A stretch of 52,100 nucleotides of DNA, taken from positions 1-52,100 of the forward strand of contig CAZYMH010000002.1 in assembly GCA_964648105.1 (NCBI GenBank), given 5' to 3'. The DNA is from an uncultured Candidatus Saccharibacteria bacterium (GTDB taxonomy: Bacteria; Patescibacteriota; Saccharimonadia; Saccharimonadales; 2-12-FULL-41-12). Position 1 is the stretch's first letter, and every line of letters begins with the position of its first letter. The notes beneath the pieces were generated by a model. It saw nothing but the letters and a program-made list of their open reading frames with translations. It made no database searches and was not told the DNA's origin. Below, in pieces: positions 42,030 to 50,601 of the stretch. Made by a program: the position numbers and the translations under genes.

Positions 42030-42215
42030 TTCTCCCTAAAAAAATAAACACTCCGATAGTTATATTACATATCTAGAGTGCTTCGGTCCGAAATTCGGAG
42101 GTTCCACCTTAGCATTGACTATTGTTACATCTGTTATCGCACATCTGTAACCACTCAAACGAAGCTCTGTGGTTGGTTAGTCCACTTCATTGCTTAACAA
42201 TATAATAACAGATTA
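42030..42215 (-). promoter_or_regulatory. T-box-like leader of thrS
   Basis: Minus strand reads AATGCTAAGGTGGAACCTCCG (42096-42116), resembling the T-box core AGGGUGGNACCGCG. A downstream CTCCGA...TCGGAG helix is followed by TTTATTTTTTT just before the start codon. Candidate ACC-A specifier triplets lie at 42171-42177. Confidence 0.5.
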
Positions 42216-42240
42216 ATTATTATCTAAAAACTCTCTAGCT

Positions 42241-42279
42241 AAAATAAAAAATCGTGTCATCTCGCAAATTGACACGATT
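42241..42279 (-). terminator. Rho-independent terminator on the minus strand, upstream of the thrS leader
   Basis: Minus strand: aatcgtgtca (loop) tgacacgatt followed by ttttttatttt. Confidence 0.6.
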
Positions 42280-42495
42280 CTTTCAAAAACACCTCGTCAG
42301 AATTCCATCTGACAAACCAATCATAACAATGTTAGTACTATAATGCTAGTACTTTTATCAAAATATTATCCACAAAACTGAATTTTTATCCACATACTTG
42401 GAGTACCTAATACACTAAGATATATATCATATATGGTTAATCTAGAATTTATTACCCCTTTTTGTTATATTAGCTACATCCCTTATGACTACCGA

Positions 42496-42572
42496 GGGCG
42501 ATTAGCTCATTTGGCTAGAGCGTAGCATTGACGTTGCTAAGGTGATAGGTTCGAATCCTATATCGCCCACCA
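42496..42572 (+). tRNA. tRNA-Val (GAC), CCA encoded
   Basis: GGGCGAT...ATCGCCC acceptor, anticodon loop TTGACGT, T-loop TTCGAAT. Confidence 0.93.
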
Positions 42573-42580
42573 CAATTATT

Positions 42581-42612
42581 AACTAAGTCTTATTAATCAG
42601 GCTTAGTTTTTT
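42581..42612 (+). terminator. Terminator after tRNA-Val
   Basis: aactaag...cttagtt stem followed by a T-run. Confidence 0.5.
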
Positions 42613-42695
42613 GTTTTATAGAGTAAAATTTACTACCTTCACTTGCTTTTTTTGGTGTTTTATGTTAACATAAGCATGTTAAACAGGGATTTTGT

Positions 42696-42791
42696 GTGAG
42701 TAAAACCACCAATGCTTTGGGAAGCTTTAATCTGTTCTATGAAGAGATTGGGCTAACAAAGCCAGCTAGTCGTATTAAACGTAATCGTTAA
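42696..42791 (+). CDS. Candidate 31-aa small ORF (MSKTTNALGSFNLFYEEIGLTKPASRIKRNR), below the ORF-track cutoff
   Basis: GTG start 6 nt after AGGGA (42685-42689). It lies between two terminators (42581-42612 and 42814-42846). No family recognised; it could instead be a non-coding RNA. Confidence 0.25.
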   Translation: MSKTTNALGSFNLFYEEIGLTKPASRIKRNR

Positions 42792-42813
42792 TATGACCGG
42801 AAGTATACACCTC

Positions 42814-42846
42814 GACCTTATTTAGATAGATAAAGGTCATTTTTTT
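42814..42846 (+). terminator. Rho-independent terminator upstream of nrdR
   Basis: gacctt (42814-42819) pairs with aaggtc (42833-42838), followed by a T7 run. Confidence 0.55.
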
Positions 42847-42905
42847 GGTCTTTATACCCAACTTTTACACTAGCTTTTTAATTAGTGTTATGTCAATATA
42901 TAGTC

Positions 42906-43328
42906 ATGGTATGTATATATTGTCACTCAAAAACTAAGATTATAAATTCTCGATCGTCTTCTAAGGTTCATAAAACATGGCGAAGACACGCCTGTACCTC
43001 TTGTAAGGCTGCCTTTACAACTTACGAACAGCCTGATTATGGGTTGTGCTTTAGGGTCAAATTAGATAATGGGTCTTTAGAGCCTCTTGATAGAGACAAA
43101 TTGTTTGTCTCGGTAATGAACTCGGTATCACACAAAAAATCTAAAATAGAGGCGTCTAAACAGCTCACAGAGACTATTTTGACCAAAGTATTGCATGATA
43201 ACAGAAATCACACCCATGGAGTGATTAATATCACTACATTGAAGTCATTTGCCTTACAAACTCTAACTAATTACGACCATGTGGCAGCTACCTTTTATGA
43301 GGCCCATTACCTCTCACCAACTAATTAA
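42906..43328 (+). CDS. nrdR: Transcriptional repressor NrdR (zinc ribbon plus ATP-cone); start trimmed to the ATG at 42906
   Basis: MVCIYCHSKTKIINSR...RRHACTSCKAAFTTYE is a CxxC...CxxC ribbon, followed by an ATP-cone-sized domain. The ORF track extends 7 codons further upstream. Confidence 0.8.
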   Translation: MVCIYCHSKTKIINSRSSSKVHKTWRRHACTSCKAAFTTYEQPDYGLCFRVKLDNGSLEPLDRDKLFVSVMNSVSHKKSKIEASKQLTETILTKVLHDNRNHTHGVINITTLKSFALQTLTNYDHVAATFYEAHYLSPTN

Positions 43329-43340
43329 TTTATGTTGATT

Positions 43341-44933
43341 TTAAGTTTGTTTTTTGGTGGCTTTTTCGGTGACATCGAATTTATCTAGATACTTCCCAAG
43401 CATTAATCTGGTTTGCGAATACAATGCAGCACTAGAGTTATAAAGAATTGTTGTAATCGGCAAAAGTACCCATTGAAGAGCCATAAAAACGGTGTGGCGT
43501 CGTTTGTAACGAGCTGGCTTAGGCGGCAAGGACTTGAAGCTCAAAAACAAAGTGATAAACAACCCAACCATAGCTATTCGCTGAATGCCACTTACAATTC
43601 CCGGAAGTTGATTAGAGGCAATATCATCGGGATTAAATAACACTGGTACAAAAGCCGCAAAAGCCATCAAAATCGGAGCAGTCGCCCAGCTGATATGACT
43701 CTCCATCAAACGAGCTAATTTAGCTAATTTATCGAATTTAGGGACTTTGTTAGGAGTAAAATAGGCTTTGGTAGCCACGTATGCGATGTCCGATGCTCCC
43801 CATGCCCAACGCCGTATTTGGATAAATTGCATTTTTAAAGTTCGCTTATAGCCTTCGGCCAAAACCGCATCTTGGTAAATTGGCACAAAGATTGGATAAA
43901 CATCGTGTCGGCCATCATAACCAAAATACGTTCGCCAAAATTGATGCCCATCTTCGACAATTGTGCGGACGCTCCAAAAATCTACATCTATTAAAGCTCT
44001 CATACTTTGGGCATGCGAAGAGAAATTTCGAATCATATGCGGCCTGAGACTTTGGACAATATTCCAAAATGAATTACCAGTGGCAATCACTCTCATGAGT
44101 GCTGGCACGTCCCAGATATTATTGGTAAATATCGGTATCGGCTGAAAAGACACGTACCGAGGTTCTGGCACTAAACAAAATGTGTAAGTTAGTGCCGAAA
44201 TATAGTTTTTATGTGGTCGATTATCGGCGTCAAGCGTAGTTACCTGAACACGTTCTGGATCGATTTTCATTGTTTCGAGCCGTTTTTGCAAGACTCTGCC
44301 CGCATAAGTTATATTACCACCCTTGCCTCTTACTTCGTTTGGTATACCATCTGGGTGTTCGACTGCTTCGGCGTACAAAAATTTATCGCCGTAATCTGTT
44401 ATTAGTTGCTTGGCTTGCTCGGCGATATGTTTGCCGCCACGCTCTTCGTAAGCGATTATTAGTATTACTTTACCCTTTACATCGTAGTCAGAATCGAGTA
44501 CTGACTGAATTGTCGGCTCTAAAATATCTCGACTTTCGTTGTAAGTGGCAACCATCATCACATGGACTGCCTCACTTGGTTTGATTTTGGCTGGATATTT
44601 ATCAAGTCTGGCAATGTTTCTGGCATGCCAATCTGGTGCATTAGCGACTTTGGCTTGGCGGTTTTCGATATCGTCAATCATTTTGTTCCATGGCAATTTT
44701 TCGTGAGTTTTCATGTTGTAATAGCCCTGCAAAACTCGAACACTCAAGACCATCGACCTGATAAACCAAGTCATTATATAAATAACAATAAAGAATATGG
44801 TTAGTCGTGCATCGATCAAACTCAAGACAAATGGCAAAGCCAATAAAGACCAGCTCAGAATAGCTGGCAATCGCTCGAACCATCTGTAAATAGATGTTTT
44901 TTCCGACTGCAATGGAATTTCGATATTTTTCAT
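43341..44933 (-). CDS. Membrane-embedded processive family-2 glycosyltransferase (cellulose/chitin/hyaluronan-synthase-like)
   Basis: MMVATYNE, TLDADNR, and QIRRWAWG (a QxxRW motif), with N- and C-terminal TM bundles. Confidence 0.75.
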   Translation of the reverse strand: MKNIEIPLQSEKTSIYRWFERLPAILSWSLLALPFVLSLIDARLTIFFIVIYIMTWFIRSMVLSVRVLQGYYNMKTHEKLPWNKMIDDIENRQAKVANAPDWHARNIARLDKYPAKIKPSEAVHVMMVATYNESRDILEPTIQSVLDSDYDVKGKVILIIAYEERGGKHIAEQAKQLITDYGDKFLYAEAVEHPDGIPNEVRGKGGNITYAGRVLQKRLETMKIDPERVQVTTLDADNRPHKNYISALTYTFCLVPEPRYVSFQPIPIFTNNIWDVPALMRVIATGNSFWNIVQSLRPHMIRNFSSHAQSMRALIDVDFWSVRTIVEDGHQFWRTYFGYDGRHDVYPIFVPIYQDAVLAEGYKRTLKMQFIQIRRWAWGASDIAYVATKAYFTPNKVPKFDKLAKLARLMESHISWATAPILMAFAAFVPVLFNPDDIASNQLPGIVSGIQRIAMVGLFITLFLSFKSLPPKPARYKRRHTVFMALQWVLLPITTILYNSSAALYSQTRLMLGKYLDKFDVTEKATKKQT

Positions 44934-44935
44934 GA

Positions 44936-45316
44936 TTAGTGCAAATCTAGAAGCACGTTAACTACCAAAACATTAAGAATTAATAAAAATGTGGTCATTA
45001 ATAACGAGGTCCAAGCTGCACTTTTGCGAACTTTATAAAAATTTATACCTATAAATATATGAGCTACAAATATCCCCGCCGCAAAGGCCAAAAAAGCCAA
45101 TATTTCGCCAACTCCACCGACTGTTGAGGCTGCTAACCCTAAATTGGACCGATAATATTGGACATAAGTATTGGCTTCGCCACCAATTCTAAGCAAAACA
45201 CTGGTTAGAGTTACAATCAATATAAAAGAATTGATAGTTAAGATAAATAATACAAAACGGTCATGAAAAAAATTTTTTAGGTGAGGCATAATCATATATA
45301 TTTTACCGCTAGACAC
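44936..45316 (-). CDS. Hypothetical 4-TM membrane protein, immediately upstream of and probably co-transcribed with the GT2 synthase
   Basis: A hydrophobic ORF whose stop lies 2 nt before the GT2 start. Confidence 0.5.
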   Translation of the reverse strand: MSSGKIYMIMPHLKNFFHDRFVLFILTINSFILIVTLTSVLLRIGGEANTYVQYYRSNLGLAASTVGGVGEILAFLAFAAGIFVAHIFIGINFYKVRKSAAWTSLLMTTFLLILNVLVVNVLLDLH

Positions 45317-45343
45317 ATAAATAATAAAGTAAATTGATTAGAT

Positions 45344-45419
<76 letters not shown>

Positions 45420-45440
45420 AAATTTATTGATTTATCAATA

Positions 45441-46133
45441 TTATACTGAAGTTTTAGTTTGTTTTAATAAAACTTGATAAAAAGAGTGCGAAGACGGATT
45501 TATGTGAGATTTCTCGATATTTTGGCCATACTTTAGATCTATCTGCCTGAAAGTTTGCGGTGAGCTGCCTAAATCGACATAACAAACTTCCCTTAAGCCA
45601 AATTCGGCTAATTTAGTTTGGATTTCGGACTTTTTCTGGTGAGGCGTCATTGTTTCTCGCCTAATCACTACACCGTTTGGCTTTAGCAAGCGAGCAATTT
45701 CTTTAATAGTTTGCTTGAGTGGATTTGGGCTGCGATTAATCATTGGGTCACTCAAAACATTGGCTACACAAACTTCATCTGCAACACCACTGGGCAAAAT
45801 TGACTGACATCTAAAGTCATCAGGATTCTCGATATAACTATCATTGCCAGATTCGGCCTCATAGCAAATATTACTACCACTATCTAGATCAATCCAGAAA
45901 CAATTTTGCCCATCGATGGCTGCATTTGCTAACATTTGAGTAACCTTCTTTTCGGCAAAACCACTAATGTCTCGTAGATTAGCCTCTACTCCTATATAAC
46001 AACGATTATTGGTATAAAAATCTGTTTGATTATCGAGCATTGGCCTAGATCGCGGGCCAATTTCGACAGTTAACCACGAGCCTTGATTTTGTCGCTCTCT
46101 TAAATAATTGTAAATATTGAATTCTGACGACAT
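45441..46133 (-). CDS. Hypothetical protein, weakly class I methyltransferase-fold-like
   Basis: YIGVE, ADEVCVANVL and LKPNGVVI resemble MTase motifs, but the glycine-rich SAM loop is degenerate. Confidence 0.3.
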   Translation of the reverse strand: MSSEFNIYNYLRERQNQGSWLTVEIGPRSRPMLDNQTDFYTNNRCYIGVEANLRDISGFAEKKVTQMLANAAIDGQNCFWIDLDSGSNICYEAESGNDSYIENPDDFRCQSILPSGVADEVCVANVLSDPMINRSPNPLKQTIKEIARLLKPNGVVIRRETMTPHQKKSEIQTKLAEFGLREVCYVDLGSSPQTFRQIDLKYGQNIEKSHINPSSHSFYQVLLKQTKTSV

Positions 46134-46257
46134 TTAGTTATTATATAATAATTATAGACAAAATCAATATTAGTACTTAAAAATTACATATGGACTAGCT
46201 CAATATATTTTGTAATGGTCAATAATTTGTGGTAATATTAGCCAAAGATTTAGGCAT

Positions 46258-46334
46258 GGGCTCGTAGTGAAGAGGCCTATCACGTCTCCCTGTCACGGAG
46301 AAGATCGCCGGTTCGAATCCGGTCGGGCCCGCCA
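46258..46334 (+). tRNA. tRNA-Asp (GTC), CCA encoded
   Basis: GGGCTCG/CGGGCCC acceptor, anticodon loop CTGTCAC, T-loop TTCGAAT. Confidence 0.93.
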
Positions 46335-46338
46335 TAAG

Positions 46339-46376
46339 AAATCATTACTACTTATTAGGTAATGATTTTTTATTTT
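46339..46376 (+). terminator. Terminator after tRNA-Asp
   Basis: aaatcattac...gtaatgattt stem followed by a T-run. Confidence 0.65.
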
Positions 46377-46477
46377 TATACTCAAATTAGAAGATATAGG
46401 TTTTTCGGGCAACTGATGCTCGACCAATAAAAATATCCCAGATGATATGATCTGGGGTATTTTTTGATAATTATTAT

Positions 46478-46999
46478 TTATCGGAGCCAAGAATTGCGTT
46501 TGACTACATCTAGCGAACGCCACCAATCATTGGCACTTAAGGCAGTTTTGCCAAAGGCGACAACCCACAATAGACCAGCGTAAATTAGATGATCGTCGAT
46601 AATTGGATTGGTTTTGAGTGGCATAGACGACATCCACATCATAACCATCATTACTGTGCCAAAAAGTGCGGCCATTCGCAGGCTAACACCGAAGATTAAA
46701 GCTAAACCAATCAATAATAGGCCTAGCATAAATAGCCATGCAAATAATGAATTAGTTGCTAAACCGCCAAAAAAATCGGCAAATGGACCACCTGCTTTTT
46801 CGACACCCTTCAAGTAGCCTGTAGTCGGCAGTACACCGTCCACCCATGCTTTACCAGATGGAGTAGCTTTGCCCCAACCTAGTAATTTATCAAAAAAGGC
46901 CCACAAAAATATAAAGCCTAGCATAATTCTGGTTACTCCTAAAGCAACCCACGCTCGATTAAATGAGCCTGTTTTTACGTTTTTAATTTTAGTAGCCAT
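46478..46999 (-). CDS. DoxX-like small membrane protein
   Basis: Four TM segments with an FLWAFFDKLLGWG-type first helix. The family call is tentative. Confidence 0.45.
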   Translation of the reverse strand: MATKIKNVKTGSFNRAWVALGVTRIMLGFIFLWAFFDKLLGWGKATPSGKAWVDGVLPTTGYLKGVEKAGGPFADFFGGLATNSLFAWLFMLGLLLIGLALIFGVSLRMAALFGTVMMVMMWMSSMPLKTNPIIDDHLIYAGLLWVVAFGKTALSANDWWRSLDVVKRNSWLR

Positions 47000-47054
47000 T
47001 TTTCCCTCCTCGTAGTTATTTGGCTTATGTTTTAATTATACTCTACTGTCAAAT

Positions 47055-48431
47055 CTATATAAAATAAGATATTAACAAAAAGACTGTAGCCAAAAATGTG
47101 ACAATAAAAGCTAGGCGTATAAAGATGTTAGACAGCCGACCATTCTTGTACTCACCCATGATTGAACGATTGTTGCCTACTTTAGCAATCATAAATAACA
47201 GAGGTACTGAAGCGACACTATTGAAAACTGCCGAGAAAATTAAAGCTTTGATAGGGTCAATCCCCAAAAAATTAATAGCCAGCCCAATCAGAATTGCCAA
47301 AATTATAATTCCATAAAAATTAGCTGCTCGTTTGTATTTGCGGTGTAGCCCCTCTTGCCAACCCATAAGCTCACTAACCGCATACGATGATGAACCTGCC
47401 AAAACCGGAATTGCCAATAATCCAATGCCAACAATCCCGACTGAGAATATCAACTTAGCAATCAACCCCGAATTTGGGAATCCCTGGACTAGTGGCTCTA
47501 ACGCTTTGGCCGCGTCTTGAGCATTATTAATTTCGGTTATACCGCTGTTATGAAGGGTGGCCGCACAGGCAATCACAATAAACCACGCTGTTAAAATAGC
47601 TAAGGCCATGCCAACAAAATTATCTAAACGGATATTATGCAAAAAATGTTTAGTCGAAAGTGGTTTGACGCCAATTTTGCTTATATTACGCTTCGATATT
47701 TCTTCCTCGACGACTTCTGAAGTGTCCCAAAAAAATAAATACGGTGAAATTGTAGTACCGAGTATCGCCACCAAAATATAAACTGTCGACATACTAAACT
47801 CGGGCATGCTAAAAGTATGTCGAAAGACCTCAGGCCAATCTTGCCTAACCAACAAAGCAGTAATCGGATAAGCAAACAATACCACGGCAAGCCATTTAAG
47901 AATCTTGGCGTAAGTTTTGTACCGCACCAGCACAATTAAACCAATGATGATTAATGCATAAAAAATCGTTAAAACAGAGTAATTTGCATCGATAAACAGC
48001 TGAGTTGTAGCGGCCATCGCCCCTAAATCGGCTCCGATATTAATAACATTGGCGATAACAACCAAAATTACTAAAGGTGTCAAAATTTTACGACTATAAT
48101 TGTCTTTTATGACGGCTGCCAGCCCCTTACCTGTAATCGCTCCGACTCTGGCACAACTCTCTTGTACGGCTAACAAAATCGGAAACATAAATGGAAAAAT
48201 CCACAGCAGCTTATAGCCAAACATTGCTCCAGTTTGCGAATATGTTGTGATACCCGACGGGTCGTCATCGGCCGCCCCTGTAACCAACCCTGGACCCAAA
48301 ATTCGCAAAAAACGATTATAACGTTTGCGGTTGACTAAAGTTTTGGCCAAAGCGACAGTTTGCTTCTCCCTTTTGTGGATTTGCTTCTCAAATTGCTTCT
48401 CGGTTTTTGATAAAAAAGATTTTTTGGCCAT
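47055..48431 (-). CDS. Nramp-family divalent metal cation transporter
   Basis: GPGLVTGAADDDPSGITTYSQTGAMFGYKLLW and about 11 TM segments. Confidence 0.85.
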   Translation of the reverse strand: MAKKSFLSKTEKQFEKQIHKREKQTVALAKTLVNRKRYNRFLRILGPGLVTGAADDDPSGITTYSQTGAMFGYKLLWIFPFMFPILLAVQESCARVGAITGKGLAAVIKDNYSRKILTPLVILVVIANVINIGADLGAMAATTQLFIDANYSVLTIFYALIIIGLIVLVRYKTYAKILKWLAVVLFAYPITALLVRQDWPEVFRHTFSMPEFSMSTVYILVAILGTTISPYLFFWDTSEVVEEEISKRNISKIGVKPLSTKHFLHNIRLDNFVGMALAILTAWFIVIACAATLHNSGITEINNAQDAAKALEPLVQGFPNSGLIAKLIFSVGIVGIGLLAIPVLAGSSSYAVSELMGWQEGLHRKYKRAANFYGIIILAILIGLAINFLGIDPIKALIFSAVFNSVASVPLLFMIAKVGNNRSIMGEYKNGRLSNIFIRLAFIVTFLATVFLLISYFI

Positions 48432-48494
48432 GAAATAAACTTATATTTAAGCTTAATTATACAACCAAATTACATTTTGGTTATGCTTATTTAA

Positions 48495-50537
48495 TTATTG
48501 ATTGAAAATCTTGTAGGCTTCGGTGGCTAAGTCAGCAATATCGCTAGCATTTGCTCCATCACTCATAACACTAATAACATATTTGGTATTCGGTGAATAA
48601 ACTAAGCCAAAGTCATTTTTGACACGACCATAACTGCCCGATAAGCTTGCCACAGATGTATTTTTTGAGCCAGCTGGGATACCTGTGCGGTTGGCTGAAT
48701 TTTGCATTTTGGTTAGTAACATAGATGAGTAACTTCTAGAGATAACACTGCCGTTATATACTTTTTGTAAGAATATCGAGCCGTCGCTAGCAGACGTTAA
48801 ACTCGAATTGGGCGATAAAGTAGTGCTAGCTAATCCTTGAGCTTTCAAAGTGGCGTCACTGGCACTCCAGCCCACTACATCACCCAGCAAATTTGTACAA
48901 TTATCATCGCTAGCTTGAATCATTTTATTCAAGCAAGTCTCAATCGTTTGGCCACCGACTAGTGTTTGTAGCGAGCTATATCCGCTGGTAACTTTGCCAT
49001 AAATTAAGCTAGCAATATAAGCTTTGTTAAATCCACTAGCAGGCATAATCCGAAAACCATTGTAATTGGCTGAAATTTTATCGTCGATTGAACGGATATC
49101 TATGCTGTATTCGCCTTTGTGGGTCGACGTCCAATAATTAAGCATCGATTGAACACCTTGATTATCCTTAGAATAACGTCTTTCGGTCACCTCACCTGCT
49201 GGAATCGTCGCTATACTAACTTCTACCGAAGTTACCGAAGGATTTGTCGACTCGCTAACACGTTTGATTAGGTCGTCTTGATCAGTTTTTCGGCCACTGC
49301 TACCCTCTTGTCGGCCAGCCTGTACACCGTTAAGTAAAGTTGTTTTGCTAGGAATTTGGTTTTTATTAATCTGCGAAATAAAAATGCTCAGTGTTGAGGC
49401 CACCGCAGACTTGTCAAAACTTAGCTCAATATTTTGTTGCTCGGGAAGCAGTTTGATCACCACCCAAGAAGCCAGCACATCTGAGCTAACAGTATAGGTT
49501 TTGGTGTCGCCACTGATTATAAGTGGAGTGTCGATTCTTCGTTGCATTTTGTTAATTGCCTCTTTGGCCGTTTGAGACGATAATTTCGGCCTAAGCACAG
49601 TTGGTGCAAAAATTATTTGGCCGTTATTAGATAAATCAGACCTCAAAATCTGATTACGCAGAGCTTCTACCTCGTAACGATAGCCGTCTTCAGATTCGGT
49701 AGTACTTAGCCGTGTGCCATTTTTGCTAACTACGGCATCGACTGGTTGCTTACTTGCCAGAGCTATAACATCTTTGACATACAAATCTAAGCGAGATGAA
49801 TCAATCGAACGATCAAGATAATATGTTTTATTGCCTTTAAAGACAAACGAAAACGGAACCAAACGCGATTTTAGACTGTAATCTGTCATTTGGTCAACAG
49901 TTTGGTGAGGACTTATAGTAACTCCAAGATCATTATAAGAAGTTGTAAGAGTTTTGGTATGAGTATGAACGGTAACTATTCGCTCACCAAAATTATCAAA
50001 CGAGCTTAGTACTTCTTGTTTACTTGCAAAACCTTGGTATCCAACTGATTGTAAGCGAGCAAACGGCAAAGTGCGGTCCTTGGGGTATAAAACCTGAAAA
50101 ATCACCACCACTAGCATAAGAACACCTAATACTAACGCCCATCTTTTATAATTGAAAGCTTTTTTATACTTAATAGTTAGCGACTGCGGCTTATTTGGGG
50201 CTGTTGGCTGAGGTGTTAAACCAAGCATTTTCTTTATGTCATCAAGATTTTGGTTTTTGGCGGTTGAGATTATATAGTCTTCTTCTGCTTCAAAACTGGT
50301 CTTTTTTGAGGGGGCATTTTCTTCGGTGACGGTATTATTCGCGGTTTCAGGTACAATTTTGTCATTTTTTGGGGCAACTTTTTTGGGACGTTTATTTTTG
50401 AAAATCTGTAGTTTTACATCGCTTTTAACAGTTTTTTGGGAACTAACAATAGACTCCAGAAGAAGCTGGTGGATAATCTGGTCTTTGAGATACTGCGACC
50501 GAGAGAGGGTTGACCTCTGTTTTTTTGTTTTTGTCAT
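48495..50537 (-). CDS. Membrane-anchored envelope protein with a C-terminal class A beta-lactamase-like (serine hydrolase) domain
   Basis: Basic N-terminus plus a TM (WALVLGVLMLVVVIFQVLY). The C-terminus has an SDN-like ASDDNCTNLL motif and a beta-lactamase-like tail, but the SxxK and KTG motifs are not clean. Confidence 0.4.
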   Translation of the reverse strand: MTKTKKQRSTLSRSQYLKDQIIHQLLLESIVSSQKTVKSDVKLQIFKNKRPKKVAPKNDKIVPETANNTVTEENAPSKKTSFEAEEDYIISTAKNQNLDDIKKMLGLTPQPTAPNKPQSLTIKYKKAFNYKRWALVLGVLMLVVVIFQVLYPKDRTLPFARLQSVGYQGFASKQEVLSSFDNFGERIVTVHTHTKTLTTSYNDLGVTISPHQTVDQMTDYSLKSRLVPFSFVFKGNKTYYLDRSIDSSRLDLYVKDVIALASKQPVDAVVSKNGTRLSTTESEDGYRYEVEALRNQILRSDLSNNGQIIFAPTVLRPKLSSQTAKEAINKMQRRIDTPLIISGDTKTYTVSSDVLASWVVIKLLPEQQNIELSFDKSAVASTLSIFISQINKNQIPSKTTLLNGVQAGRQEGSSGRKTDQDDLIKRVSESTNPSVTSVEVSIATIPAGEVTERRYSKDNQGVQSMLNYWTSTHKGEYSIDIRSIDDKISANYNGFRIMPASGFNKAYIASLIYGKVTSGYSSLQTLVGGQTIETCLNKMIQASDDNCTNLLGDVVGWSASDATLKAQGLASTTLSPNSSLTSASDGSIFLQKVYNGSVISRSYSSMLLTKMQNSANRTGIPAGSKNTSVASLSGSYGRVKNDFGLVYSPNTKYVISVMSDGANASDIADLATEAYKIFNQ

Positions 50538-50601
50538 TTTAAGATTTTTATTTTAGCATCTTATATCACAAATTATAACAATGCCTACAAAAAACCACAA
50601 A

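Noticed and set aside
42885-42905. The upstream start (42885) of the nrdR ORF in the track
   Set aside because: The NrdR zinc ribbon normally starts within a few residues of the N-terminus. The ATG at 42906 gives MVCIYC..., so the extra 7 codons are probably not translated.
46293-46526. ORF 46293-46526 (-)
   Set aside because: It overlaps tRNA-Asp and its terminator and also overlaps the DoxX-like gene end, so it is spurious.
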